Positions 1 through 13,223 of a DNA stretch of 64,000 nt are shown here, one piece after another; positions within the stretch are counted from its first letter, which is position 1; every line of letters begins with the position of its first letter. The DNA is from Camelus ferus (taxonomy: Eukaryota): positions 111,416,001 to 111,480,000 of the forward strand of contig NC_045696.1 in assembly GCF_009834535.1 (NCBI RefSeq). Reading direction: 5' to 3'. The translations under genes and the position numbers were made by a program. The notes beneath the pieces were generated by a model, which saw only the letters and a program-made list of their open reading frames with translations, did not search any database and was not told where the DNA came from.

Positions 1-299
1 ATAGACATAGAACACAAACTTTTGGTTGCCAAGGGGGCCGGGGTGGGAAGGGACAGACTGGGATTTCAAAATGTAGAATAGATAAACAGAATTATACTGT
101 ATAGCACAGGGAAATATATATAAGATCTTGTGATAGCTCACAGAGAAAAAAATGTGACAATGTATATATATAAATATATATATATATATATACACACACA
201 CATTCATGCGTAACTGAAAAATTGTGCTCTACACTGAAATTTGACACAACATTGTGAAATGACTATAATTCAATAAAAAAACGTTAAAAAAAAAAAAAA
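1..299 (+). mobile_element. LINE-1 3' UTR and poly(A) tail, young lineage-specific subfamily (runs off window start)
   Basis: L1 3'UTR motifs (CTGTATAGCACAGGGAA, GACACAACATTGT...ACTATAATTCAATAAAA) followed by an A-tail; closely similar to the 3' part of the copy ending at 7956. Confidence 0.9.
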
Positions 300-1926
300 G
301 AAGTCTGCTTCTGGGTGCGGCAGTCATTCGGAGCAGGAGCCAGACTAGAACAGGTGATAAATAATGAATTACCTTCACACACATTTTCTGGTTTCATGTC
401 TCAAAATGGTACCCATGCTCTCTAGCCCTTCCCATCTCAAGGGAAAGTCTTAAAACCAATTTATGTGGTCCCAGCCGTCAGCCCCATGTTCCTTTTATAA
501 TTCCTCCATTGGCAGCATTGTGGAGCGGGATTTGTATGGCTACCTGGTGATCTACCTTGACTTCCCGGGGCTCCTGATGTTGATCCATTGATTCCATTCC
601 CCTTCATGACCTTCAAACTGACTTCAAAAAATTGGTTTTTGAAGAAGATTGTGCATAGTACTCACTGAAGAGCATATTAGCGTTAACAGGAATTTTGTTT
701 TTGAGAAATTAATAATCCAGAAAAACAAAGTTTAAAGACTTGATTATAAATGACTGCTACACCATGGGTCCAATTGCAACACCATTTAGCTATTTTAACA
801 TCACTTGATGCAGAAAGAAAAATCAGTAGGAGTATTTCTGTTCCCCCTTCTCTGTTATTGACATGACATTTCAGGTCTCTGGCTAAACGTTCATGCGCAG
901 TTGCTTCTGTTAGACCATTAATCATTCTGTTCCATTATGGACAACCTCAGGTTTGAAGTTATTAGCTTTTTAACCCTTCTTTGTAATTAGATCAGCATAA
1001 TTTTCTGTTAAAAGGCAACAAATCAATAAGTCAGCTGAAGGAAGTATTTCCTCCCTCAGGCAACATATAATTAGCCGATTAGCCTCAAATGTCTTTGAAG
1101 TAAATTGCTTGAAGTTTATTGTCTAATTAAAATGCCTCCAACTCGTTAAGCATCTACCATAGGTTTGTTTATGCTTAATGTTATACAGTAATTATAACTC
1201 AGCTATTTGTTTAACCATATATTTTTTTTTATTTAGGTCCCCTTTTTTTGTTAAAATGGAGCAAATATCTACACGCTAAAAAGAAAGCTAAGAAGCTATC
1301 ATTATAAAATAGAAGAAAAGTCAAAAAAGTCATCCTCACCAAAGTCACTTAGCTCAAAAGTATTATTTATAAATATGCAGTCTCTTACATTAATTTATCT
1401 TTGTGAAATTTCATTGGGAAGACACCCTCAAAACTCAAAACTGCAGTTAATGAAAGACAAACTGTGATTCTGGGAATCATTAAAGGAAGTGATGTGAGGA
1501 CAAGAGAGTTTGACAACCGAAAAATACCTGAAAACTAGCAATGTCCTTTACTGAATGTTCCAGTTATTAGAATTATGTGCGCCTGTTTGTCAGTGAACAC
1601 TTTGGCATTCAGTTTCACAAATCAGTCTTCTATGAGTTTGGCTGCATGAACAGATTTCCCAAAGCCTTATATATTTTTGGTGAATTTACAGCATTGGATT
1701 TCTAGTTATTCAAAGCTAAAAGCTATCAGGTACCCACCAGGAAACAGGCACTGTATTAAAACCTTATCAAAAACATCTTCCCATTTCAAAACAGTGACAA
1801 TTTCAAGACGCCAAGTGCCTGGGAAAGCTGTGCAGTGATCACAATATACTCCAGCTGGAAGGACCCATCGGTTGGTTTGGGGAAAGCTGGATTTTACACA
1901 ATTTCTAATTCTAAGTATTAAATATA

Positions 1927-2069
1927 TTTTTATTTTTATTATTATTATTATTGGGGAGAGATAATTAGATTTATCTATTGATTATTTTTTTTAATGGAGG
2001 TACTGGGGATTAGATCCAGGGCCTCATGTTTATGAAGCACACACTCTATCACTGAGCTATAGCCTCCCC
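1927..2069 (-). mobile_element. tRNA-Ala-derived SINE (vic-1-like, camelid)
   Basis: Reverse complement reads GGGGAGGCTATAGCTCAGTGATAGAG...CCCCAGTACCTCCA plus an A-rich tail containing CTAATTATCTC; degenerate A and B boxes. Confidence 0.88.
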
Positions 2070-2399
2070 TCCTGAACATATTGTTAAAACTCTCACTTGC
2101 AAAGGATTTTTTTTTATTTTTTCATAAGTAAAATAAATATATTGGTTATCTCTGTTTTTCAGGGATGGGTTTCAAAATGAGAAAAATAATCATCATTAGG
2201 GAGTACAAGAGGACAGCAAAAATCAAAAAGAAGGCATTCTCCCCCAGGATTTCTTGTTATGCAAAATTCAATACATCTCAAAAAAAAAAACCCTCTGTTT
2301 TCTTCCCTGTCTCTAAAACCCTGGCTTATTCTACCCAAGTAATCTGTTTTATTCAACACTGCATGCCATTATTCTTCAATCAATTGAGCACAAATTCTT

Positions 2400-2548
2400 T
2401 TATTTTTTTTCTTTTTTGGGGGGAGGGCGGTAATTAGGTTTATTTATTTTTTAAATTTTGTTTTTAGAGGAGGTTCCGGGGATTGAACCCAAGACCTCGG
2501 GTATGCTAAGCATGTGCTCTACCACTTGAGCTATACCCTCCCTCCTAG
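2400..2548 (-). mobile_element. tRNA-Ala-derived SINE (vic-1-like)
   Basis: tRNA-like head with GGTTCAATCC B box; 12-bp TSD GCACAAATTCTT at 2388-2399 and 2549-2560. Confidence 0.92.
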
Positions 2549-3019
2549 GCACAAATTCTTAAAGGTGTCTTCTATCCTTCCTTTTTCTTTATATACCAAC
2601 TCAATTTATCATGAAGTCCTATTAATTATTCAAAAAAATTATCTCTATTTTTCCCAATTTCCTCAGCTAGTGTCCCAACCTAAGTCTTCATCAACACATT
2701 CCTAAGCATAGAACATAACCTAATAATAGATCACATAATTTGCTGGTTTTATTCATTAACACACTGTAAATGTTCCAATTTGTGACTACGCTTTTATCTT
2801 GTTTCCTTCACTGAAAAATCCATTTCTTTGGGATTAGAACCTGCAAACCATGAAATCAGAAGAACTCTTAGGGTTAATTCAAATAGGGTTTGATTATACT
2901 TAGATAATTTTTTTGGACTTACTACAGAGTCTGCCTTTCTAAATCAAAAGTCTTGTATCTGCCAAATACAGAGTTTCTCCCTTTTTCCTAATACTATGTT
3001 GGTTATCGAGTGCTTCAAA

Positions 3020-3346
3020 ACCCTGGAGCTGAGGGACCCACTTCGCAGGTAGTCCTCTCCCTTCATGGCTGTTGGCGGGAGGCCTCAGCTCTTCCCGTGA
3101 GGGCCTCTCCACGGGTCGCTTGAGAATTTTCGTAACATGGTGGCTGGCTTCTGCCAGAGCCAACAATCGAGAAGTAAACAAGGCAAAGCCAGAATGTCTT
3201 TTATGATCCATCTTGTGAATTCACACACATTATCATCTCACTGGTTTCACAGGTCAGCCCCACTTACTGTGGAAGAGGACTGCACAGCCATGGGAACACC
3301 AGGAGGCCAGGATTACTGAAGGCCACGTAGAAGGATGGGTACAACA
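3020..3346 (-). mobile_element. MaLR LTR, MLT1F-like
   Basis: End CCAGGAGGCCAGGATTACTGAAGGCCACGTAGAAGGATGGGTACAACA resembles the reverse-complemented MLT1F 5' terminus; left boundary approximate. Confidence 0.65.
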
Positions 3347-3744
3347 CAAACAACTGACTTCCGTGTGTGTGTTGTGACCATCACACATTTTTGCTGGTCA
3401 TTGTTTCATACTATGATTCCCACGATTACAAATGTATCCTTGTTTAGAAGAGCAACTTCTTGATTGGAAATTAGGACACCAACCTAAAGCTTTGTACATA
3501 GAAATAAAGCAATAAAAATGGAACCAATTACTCACATTCAGATAACTCTAAACAACCAATCTGAATAAATGGCTACAACAAATTTTCTCCCCAGTACCAC
3601 GTATTTATCTTTATCTATGTACCCTCTTATCTTGTTTCTTATATGAGAAACATATCACGGGTTCTGATTTCAGCTCGCCTTCTGAGTTTGAGACCTTAGG
3701 TAAATTGCAGATTCAACTACAGTTTTAATGACCTCATCTTTGCC

Positions 3745-3900
3745 ACCCAAAGTGTGGTCTAAGGACCAGCAATATCATCACCATCTTGGAATTTATTAAA
3801 ATTGCAAATTGACGTGCCTTACTTCAGACCCACTGAGTTAGAAGCTGTGGTTTTAACAAGATGCGAGGTAACTTTAGTGAGTTTATTTAGGAACTACTGC
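3745..3900. mobile_element. MER5-like hAT-Charlie MITE
   Basis: CCAAAGTGTGGTC...GACCAGCA...TTTTAACAAG...GAACTACTG pattern. Confidence 0.65.
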
Positions 3901-4354
3901 ACAGACTGAAAGCTGTTATGTCAAATTTTTTACCTCTTAAAAGAAAGACACCTATTGGGACACTCTACTGAGCAGATGTCTCAGAACACCGTTGACTGAG
4001 TGGCATTATTATGACCTCCCCTGTTGGACAGCCTCTTTCTTTGCTTTTCCCAGCGAAAAAGCAGAAACTCATCGCCATTTGTCTCTGTAAAATGTGTGTG
4101 TGCACATAAATAGGATTGGATGTGGGAAATACATATTTTTTCATTTTTGTTTTGCTAATACAAAAGCTTAAAGCTCATAATTAATGGCATGGTGAAAATC
4201 TTGTTACAAAAGGACACAAGATAAAATTGCAACTCTCATAGGATAATATAGGTTTCCCAGCTCCCACACTGAACTTGGGAAAATCATCACTTCCCATCTT
4301 AGTCCCAGTTGTCTCATGAGTAAAATATGGGTCATAAGAGAAACTCATAAAGTT

Positions 4355-4870
4355 TTCTTTTTACAGTTTTTGCACATTTATAGTCAGTAACGTGTAGATT
4401 TTAAATGCACAGCATGATGAGTTTCAACAAACATATTCACCTGTGTAACCACTACACCAATTAAAATATGGAACATGTCCATTACCCACAAAATTCCCTG
4501 GGGCCCCTTTCAGTCAATCCTAACTCCTGGAAAGGATGGATGGAGAGTTTTCTAGATGATATTCTGGAAATTAGAGCTGGAGGGGACTTCATCTTCGAGA
4601 CGAAAGAGCTGAAATTTACCGGAGTAAATTTCACCGGTGAGTGCAGAGCTGAAAGCCGGTGCTACAGCAGCGCACCTCACAGTTTTCTACCCAGTAGGCT
4701 GAGAAAGGATGTAGATGGGTATAGACATGTGACTTTCATCATCATAAATTATTTTTGCCTATTGCCGTACTTCACGTAGATGGAATCACCCTTAGACTCT
4801 GGCTCCGTTTACTCAACGTAATGCTTCTGAGATGTGCGCATGTTGTTTCCTGTGTAAGCAGTTTTCACAG
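4355..4870 (-). mobile_element. Ancient L1M 3' end fragments (interrupted)
   Basis: GATTTTAAATGCACAGCATGATGAGTTT...CCTGTGTAACCAC and TACTCAACGTAATGCTTCTGAGAT motifs. Confidence 0.55.
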
Positions 4871-6107
4871 GGTTGTGCTGAAACTTAAACGAGATATATA
4901 GAAAAGTCAATGTTTCACAAATAGTTTTCAAATCTTAGTAAATCAAATGAAGGTATTTGGAGGCCCTAAAATTTCTCTCTCCATCTCCCGGATACTGTAA
5001 ATTTAGGAGATAAAAATGCCATCTCCCATCAGCTGACCTAGTTCTTACTTTGCTGCCCTTACTCAGATTTACTGAAATATTCCTGAGATTGCTACTGCCA
5101 ATAGAATGGACTGAGCGCTCCTCCAATCAGTCGTGTTAACTGATAATATGACAGGTTTTCCTTTGGCCGGGGGAAGATGCCCAGCACTGACAATTATCAA
5201 GTCTGATGAGAGTTTTCCTGGAAAGCAGTAGCACCCCAAAAAAAAAACCCAAACCAAACCAAACAAAAAGCCTTCTCTGTCCATTGTCACTATGGCAACA
5301 TGTAATTATAACTTCCCTAAGGGAGAATGCTTCTCTCTTCCCAACAATACAGTTACACTACTTCAAAACCATTTGTTTTCAATACGATTCTCAGCATAAA
5401 CTGACAGAAGAATCACGTCTCAGCCACAATAGCGATGGAAGTTTATTATGTGAGTCTTATCAACACTTTGACATTGAAATGAGGTTTTGACTAGAAGATC
5501 ACTAAGCAGTGCTCTAGCGAGAAACAAAGATTCCATAGCCAACGAGACACAGGTAATTGAAGCAATTATTTGGCAAATTCGAGCCAAAAAGCATATTGCA
5601 GTGACAACATTCACTGCTAATGGTGCTCTCTGTAAAATGACCACAATTATGTGTCACCAGAGCAATAGTGCTTCAACACGTTGTTTTCATTGGTATTAAT
5701 TTCAGTTTTTTATGAGAAAACTTGCTTTCTGATATTTTTCAACACTGAGTAGCCACCATAAAGTCAATTTTAGAATACAAAGATGCAAATACAGTGTCTT
5801 TATCATTATTATATTTTTTAAACTTCTGATGGAGTCCATAGTAAATTGGCAAGCTATTATCTGGATGTTGAGGTCAATATGTTCCAAGGAAAATATCTTT
5901 TGCTTGTGTCTCACTTTTGATATAGTGAATCCTAATTTGGAGCTGGCATTACTGAGGTGCAATGTACTAAATAGTATTATTACAATAACAAGTTATAAAA
6001 CTCATTTCAGATTGGCACACCATGAAAAGTTTAGAGGTGGGCACTGCTGGAACCTGATGACATGTTTTGATCCATGTCTCAACATGTCATCATATATTTG
6101 TGACATT

Positions 6108-6650
6108 TAGAAAACAACCTAAATGTCCATCGACAGATGACTGGATAAAGAAGTTGTGATATTTAGACAATGGAATACTACTCAGTGATAAAGAAAGAAT
6201 AAAATAATGCCATTTGCAGTGACATGGATGGACCTGGAAATTGTCATTCTAAATGAAGTAAGCCAGAAAGAGAAAGAAAAATACCATATGGTATCACTTA
6301 TATGTGGAATCTAAAAAAAAGAGACAAACTTATTTACAAAGTAGAAATATACTCACAGACATAGAAAACAAACTTATGTTTACTGGGGGTGAGAGGGAGG
6401 GGGTGGGAAGGGATAAATTGGGAGTTCAAGATTTGCAGATACTCTAATATATATAAAATAGATAAATAGCAAGTTCATACTGTATAGCACAAGGAACTAT
6501 ATTCAATATCTTGTAGTAACTTATGAGTAAAAAGAATATGAAAATGAATATATGTATATTCACGTATGACTGAAGCATTGTGCTGTACACCAGAAAATGA
6601 CACAAAATTGTAAACTTACTATACTTCAATAAAACATATATATACAAAAT
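6108..6650 (+). mobile_element. LINE-1, 5'-truncated (ORF2 C-terminus plus 3' UTR)
   Basis: CAACCTAAATGTCCATCGACAGATGACTGGATAAAGAAG...ATGGAATACTACTCAG...CTATACTTCAATAAAA. Confidence 0.9.
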
Positions 6651-6860
6651 AGAGAAAGAAAGCATATCAGTGGTTACTTGAGGTCAAGAGTTGGGGATCG
6701 ACTTCTAAAGAATATGAGGAAAACATCCAGAGTGAAGAAAATATTCTATATCTTAATTGGTTATTCAGGTATAAACATGTGAAAACTCATCAAACCACAC
6801 ACTCAAAATGAAGGCATTTTAACATATTTAAACTATGCTTCAATAGGTTGATTAAAAATA
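6651..6860 (+). mobile_element. Ancient L1M (L1MC/ME-type) 3' end
   Basis: ATCAGTGGTTACT...AATATTCTATATCTT...AAAACTCATCAAAC...CTTCAATA motifs. Confidence 0.6.
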
Positions 6861-6869
6861 TTTAAAAGG

Positions 6870-7956
6870 ACAGTGTGACCATTTTAACAATATTGATTCT
6901 TCCAATCCAGGAGCATGGGATATCTTTCCATTTTTTAAAGTCTTCTTTAATTTCCTTCATCAGTGGTTTATAGTTTTCTGTGTATGTCTTTTATCTCCTT
7001 GGTTAGATTTATTCTTAGGTATTTTATTACTTTGGGTGCTATTTTAAAGGGGCTTGTTTCTTTACTATCTTTTTCTGTTGATTCATCGTTAGTGTAAAGA
7101 AATGCAACCGATTTTTGAATGCTAATCTTGTAACCTGCTACTTTGCTGAATTCTTCAATCAGCTCTAATAGTTTTTGTGTGGACCTTTTAGGGTTTTCTA
7201 TATATAGTAACATGTCATTGGCATATAGTGACACTTTTCCTCTTCTTTTCCAACTTGGATCCCTTTTATTTCTCTCTCTTGCCTTATTGCTGTGGCTAGG
7301 ACTTCCAAGACTATGCTGAATAGGAGTGGTGATAGTGGGCATTATTGTTTTGTTCCAGAGTTTAGTGGGAAGCTTTTGAGTTTTTCACCGTTGAGTACTA
7401 TGCTGGCTGTAGGTTTGTCATATATAGCTTTTATTATGTTGAGATATGTTCCCTCTATACCCACTTTGGTAAGAGTTTCTATCATAAATGGAAGATGTGG
7501 TATATTTATACAATGGAATACTACTCAGCCATAAAAACCGACAACATAATGCCATTTACAGCAACATGGATGCACCTGGAGAATGTCATTCTAAGTGAAG
7601 TAAGCCAGAAAGAGAAAGAAAAATATCATATGAGATTGCTCATATGTGGAATCTAAAAACAAAACAAAAACAACAAAAACAAAGCATAAATACAAAACAG
7701 AAATAGACTCATAGACATAGAATACAAACTTGTGGTTGCCAAGGGGATAGATGGGATTTCAAAATTGTAGAATAGATAAACAAGATTATACTGTATAGCA
7801 CAGGGAAACAGACACAAGATCTTATGGCAGCTCACAGAGAAGAAAATGTCTCAATGAATATATATATGTTCATGTATGACTGAAAAATTGTGCTCTACAC
7901 TGGAATTTGACACAACATTGTAAAATGATTATAAGTCAATAAAAGATTTTAAAAAA
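6870..7956 (+). mobile_element. LINE-1 with 5' inversion: 6870-~7490 is ORF2 RT region on the minus strand; ~7491-7956 is ORF2 end plus 3' UTR on the plus strand
   Basis: Minus-strand ORF includes [17 protein letters not shown]...LLELIEEFSKVAGYKI (RT motif C, normally F/YADD); TSD ATTTAAAAGG at 6860-6869 and 7957-7966. Confidence 0.9.
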
Positions 7957-8869
7957 ATTTAAAAGGGGCTCATTAAAACAATGGGCCAATGTTAATAGCA
8001 CAATAAAGGAGGTAATCCATTAAGATTTTCATCATCAAAAATAGTTGTGAATTATAGAATGTGTGTGTGTGTGCCTGTGTGGAGAGAGAGAGAGTAAAGC
8101 TGCCTGCATGATTTGATGAGAAGAATCTGGGCTCCAGATTCAAACACGTCTTATTTCAGATGCTCTTTGCCACAAGTCGGCAGGAAAGTGATCCCATTCT
8201 GCCACCTGTAAAACTGACCACAGCCTACCTTGGAATATTGAATGATATTAAATATAAAGATTAAATGAAATTAAAAGGATCTGATGAAGATCAAGAAAAT
8301 CTATTCAATGTATTAGAATAAGGACTATAGTAAAGAATAGTGAAATATAGACTATAGAAGATAGATAAGTAGGTAGGAAGATAGATAGATAGAGACTGGA
8401 GATAAATTATAGTTCATCTGGGCAAGAAGTATCCAGAATATGGAGGCAATCCTGTGCCTGTGCACAGAGTACTGTAGGGGTTTATATACTTTGTGGAATG
8501 CCTTTGCTCAGAAAGACAAGGAAAAGGAGGCAACAGAATAATTTCAGTACTTTGACTGCAGAAGTGGTTAATGTTACAGCTGGGCAATGTGAGGCAAAGA
8601 TATTCACAAAGATTAATATATTCATTTCCTACTCCTTATTACCATGATTACCATCATAATGATATCATGGTGAGATAAATTAGCAGTGATTGAAGGTCTA
8701 ATGCAAAGAGTGAGGCATCAGAGGGGTGGTCTTGAGCTTGTAATTAAAGAAAGTATACTGATCTGCAGTTTGGAGAATGCCATAGGTACCACCGGATCTG
8801 TAAGAGCTCCAGATGACTTGGTCATTTGATGTAAATTTGTACGTACAAATCATGTAATTCCTTGCAACA

Positions 8870-9012
8870 TAGACCAGCAGCTTCGGGACCACCAGTAAGC
8901 TGGTTAGAAACGTAGACTCTCAGGCTCCACCCACCATCTGCTGAGTCAGGATTTGCATTTTAACAAGATTCCGAGGTGATTCCTGTGAACACCAAAGTCT
9001 GAGACCACACGG
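8870..9012. mobile_element. MER5-like hAT-Charlie MITE
   Basis: GACCAGCAGC...GTTAGAAAC...CTGAGTCAGGATTTGCATTTTAACAAGATTCC...AAAGTCTGAGA. Confidence 0.75.
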
Positions 9013-9239
9013 CCTGATCCATTGCTTCATGAAAGGAAACCCAGGACTGGAAGCAAGTAGAGTTCATTCTCCTGCTACAGAGACATGTTCTTAGGTTTGG
9101 AATCACTGAGTTAGAAACTCTTGTAAGCTTTGGCTCACTCAAAAGGGGTAAAATGAATCAAAAGTAATAATGGGGCAGTGGCAGTCAAGAAGTCAGAATA
9201 TATGCCAGCATGCCCCACTCAGTGGCCTTTACAAGCTGG

Positions 9240-9990
9240 CATATTTAAGCAATAGTGAGATGTTACTTCTCATAGTTGGACTGACAAAATTTAAAAGAAT
9301 GATATTAAATCTTGGTAAAGCTATGGGAAACTGGAACTGTCACTTATATGGCTGGTGAGAGTGAAGAGCGTTCATTCATTCATTTATTCACTTTCAAGAG
9401 CATTTCGGCATCGGCCAATCATAATGTAATGATTAATAACGTGCAGCCCGTGTGACAGGCCATCACAGGACTCAGTAACTACCCAGAGAAACCTGTGTAC
9501 ATATGCCCAAGGAAGATGACATAACATTTGTTGCATGAGGCTACAACAGCATCGTTAGCAACAAGAAAATATGGGGACAGTCTAAGTGATACACAAAAGA
9601 AGCATAGTTAAAACAAAATGTGGTATTTCTATGGCCTGGAATACTAAAAAAAAAAAAAAAAACTGTTAAAAAGTTGGGTCTTCCTAAGTAGATTCAAATA
9701 AGGAGATTTCTGAGACGTACCATCAAATTAACAATTTAAGTTGAAGAATGATACATAAGATACAATACAATTTATTTTCTTAAAAGCAAACACATTTTAA
9801 AAACTCTATATTTCTATAGGTACAATTATGCACATTGTACACACATACTGGGGACAGGGCACAGGCAAATGACCAGAAGAATATACACAAAAACTTTCAC
9901 AATTGCTAACTCTGGAGAGGAGAATGGATCAGAGAATGTTAATTGTGTGTGCTTGTACTATTTGATTTTTGTTAGCAGAAATAAAAAATA
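9240..9990 (+). mobile_element. Highly diverged L1ME fragments
   Basis: Degenerate ORF2-end and 3'UTR motifs (AAAATGTGGTAT...GGAATACTA; TGCTAACTCTGGAGAG). Confidence 0.45.
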
Positions 9991-11514
9991 AAACGAAATA
10001 ACCTGAAAGAGAAATATTTATATAAACCTAATGTTCATAAATGTTTGATATCAATGTTTATATAGACATTATTCTATGTTTTACTGAAACCTCCATGGAA
10101 AATTATATTTTTCTCTGAAACAAACCTGCAGACCCAGTGTGAAAAATACAGTCTGCAGAATTATCATTTTATGGGATGTTGTCTGGGTTTTCTAACCAGG
10201 AAGATGCTTTAACACCTTTACACAAAAGAATGAAAATTTTTGAAAAAATGTTTTACTAGAAAATCCTTGGCATTTGCTGAGAGGCTCACAATTAGTTATC
10301 GGTTTTTCTCTTCCAGAAAACGATGATTAAAACACTTTGAATAATGTACAAAACTAACTTTTCTCAGAATTTTTAACATTTCCCGGGAAATGTAACATAG
10401 GCATAAGTTACATACAATAATTATCTTGTTATGTATATTTCTAATCAGAGCTCCCATCACTCCATCTACCTCCTTCCTGTGCCTGGGTCCACGTGATCTA
10501 CCTCCGTCCTGTTTTTGCACACATAACCTTGTTGAATCCTTACTGCAGCTCTCTGATGTGCCCGCTACCATCCCCATTTCTACGTGAGAAAGAGATTCAG
10601 CAGGTTACATGCAACTTGCCCCAAATCAGGTTTTGTATAGCAAACATCCCCAACATTTTTCCAAACTAGTTGTGCCATTTTACGCTTCCATCAGCACTTT
10701 ACAAGAGTTTCACTTTTCCACATCCTCACCAAGATTTTGAGTTTTCTTTTTCATTTTTAAATGTTATTGTGGGATTATGGTGGCTTCACATTGTCGTTTT
10801 AATTTTTATGTCTCCAGCACCTTTTATAACTTCACAGTTGAGCACCTTTCATGTTTATTGGCCGTTGAATATCATGCTTTGTTAATTGTCTGTTCAAGTC
10901 ATTCACCCTTTCCTGTTGTTGTAACAGGTTATTTTAGCTGGGAAAGACCTGGGATTCAGATTCTTCAAAAAAGTGCCCACTAGCAACATCCTTTCTCTGG
11001 TTAATCATCGACGTCCGCTGATGCATAAGACATCTGAGCCTTCTAAAGGAAAACTTGAATCCTGCCCACTGAGAGAATTCAGACATATTCAAACATCTGA
11101 TGGACTGAGGTGGCCTCGCTGGAAGGCAGGTTACAGAAAGGGACCATGAGACCCTATGATAAAAATTGCCCCAAAATGCCGGGCACAATGAGAAAGAATT
11201 ATGAGCAGAGACTAAGGATCTAGGCCGAGTGTGGACACATGGGAGAGTAGCACCTGATGACTGAATTTACCCCAACAGTGGTGGCAAGTGTGTACCCTGC
11301 AGGAGAAGGGCTGCATCCGGGAAATAAAGAAACCGATTTACTATTATAATACTTGTCAGGTAAAGCAATTTTACTGTGAGGCAATTTTCCATCCTACAAC
11401 AAAAATGCCACAAATTGAAGAATAGTGTTGGCTTTCTTTTAAATCATGTTATCTTGACTATCAAGTGTCTCTAGCTTTGAAACACAATGAAAACAATGCA
11501 ATTTTCCTCCATAC

Positions 11515-11738
11515 TTTATTTTGAACTTTTTCAATTACAAAGAAAAGTTAAAGGAATTTTATATTAAACACCCATATGCCCACTGCCTAGAGTCTGCAAT
11601 GAACATTTTATTTTATTTGCTTTATCACATAGCTCTCCATCCATTAATCCATCTTACTTTTTGATGCATTTCAGAGTAAGTTGCAGACGTGAGGACACTC
11701 CCACCAAATACCTGAGTGTGCATGTCATTAACTAGAGG
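11515..11738 (-). mobile_element. L1MC-type 3' end
   Basis: CACCCATATGCCCACTGCCTAGA...TTTGATGCATTTCAGAGTAAGTTGCAGAC...CATTAACTAGAG. Confidence 0.65.
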
Positions 11739-12536
11739 TCCAGGACTGCAATTTTACCAATATAAGGCAAGAAACATTTCCAGGTCCCCAGCACCTTGAG
11801 GGGATTAGTGGCTAAGATTTCTTTAAATGAGAAAATAACTTGCCTCCCATGGCAATAGGAACAAAGTACAAATAAAAATCAGTAAAATGGCTATGGATTG
11901 CATTTCGCTGGGTTTTAAATTTTCTTTGTTTCTGTTTATTCTACTGGATTTGGTGGGGGGAGGTGGTTAATGAAGGTTTTTGGGTTTTTTGCACCCTGAA
12001 GTTCCTATTTAATTACATCAACTGTCTGTTTCTATATACAAAAGTCTGTTCATCCAGAAAAATAGGAAAGGGTGGTTTGAGAAATTTAAATACCACTTAT
12101 TTGTCCATTGAAGAGGCCAAAATATATCTAGTGATGTTTCTTTCAGGGATTTTTGTTTTTCTTTAATGCCCTAATAATTTTCAAAGAGCCATTATTTAGC
12201 CTCTCAAAGCTTGTCCCTCTTATGGGTCGTATAAGGCTTTTATGCTGAAGTCAGAAACTTTCATGACGTTTCTCTTTTGCATTCTAATCTGCATTTTTTT
12301 ATTTGTAACTAACTGGGGGAAAAAATCACCGAAAGCTATTACCAAAGCCAAGGAAAGTGCTTATTTGTACTCAAGGGTACCAGTAGTATGCTAGCCATTT
12401 CATTTATAGTTTGAATATTTTAAACTAATTTGTGCAGAAATAATTTTTGTTTCTCTAAAGAGTTTCCCTAATTAATCTGGGGAAGAGGCACTTCCATTGA
12501 CACAATACAATGTTATAGGAAAAGTTGATGTCACTT

Positions 12537-12698
12537 ATTAAAATTTTTTTTTGTTTGTTTTCTTTAGGGGGGGAGGTAATTAGGTGTATTTATTATTTTT
12601 TTAATTTTAATGGAGGTAATGGGGATTGAACCTAGGATCGAATCCAGGATCTCATGTATGCTAAGGATGAGCTTTATCACTGAGCTGTACCCTCCCCA
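12537..12698 (-). mobile_element. tRNA-Ala-derived SINE (vic-1-like)
   Basis: tRNA-like head; TSD GATGTCACTT at 12527-12536 and 12699-12708. Confidence 0.9.
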
Positions 12699-12980
12699 GA
12701 TGTCACTTTGATTCTCAGAAATGATAGTAAAGATAAGCTGAGACAAAAGTAAGTAATTAGGGCTCAAAATGAGGTTCCTTCCTCTTTACCTTAGCTTCAA
12801 CCAGAAGTGCAGACGCATGGTTACTAAAACAAGCTACCTTAAGCCAAGGGTCTGTTTCTCATCATTTCTGACATTTAGGTGATTTTCCACATCTTATGTT
12901 TAGACAAAGGCATAATATTGCATAATACAGAGTTTCAAATACATAGATTCCAAATACTGTCAAATAAAAGAATGAACCTA

Positions 12981-13223
12981 GATTTGCAGATACTAAGTAA
13001 TGTATATAAAATAGACAAACATCAAGTTTGTACTGTATCACACAGGAAACTATATTCAATATCTTGTAGTGACTTATGGTGAAAAAGACTATGACAGTGA
13101 ATATATGTATGTATATGTATGACTGAAGTCTCATGCCGTACACCAGAAATCGACACATTGTAAATTGACTATATGTCAATCAAAATATATACTAAAAAAA
13201 AAAAAAAAAAAAAAAAGAAGAAG
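12981..13223 (+). mobile_element. LINE-1 3' end with long poly(A)
   Basis: L1 3'UTR; TSD AAAGAATGAA(C/G)CTA at 12967-12980 and 13224-13237. Confidence 0.9.

Noticed and set aside
4610..4633. 10-bp perfect hairpin TGAAATTTAC/GTAAATTTCA
   Set aside because: Short, AT-rich and within decayed repeat sequence; expected by chance in 64 kb.
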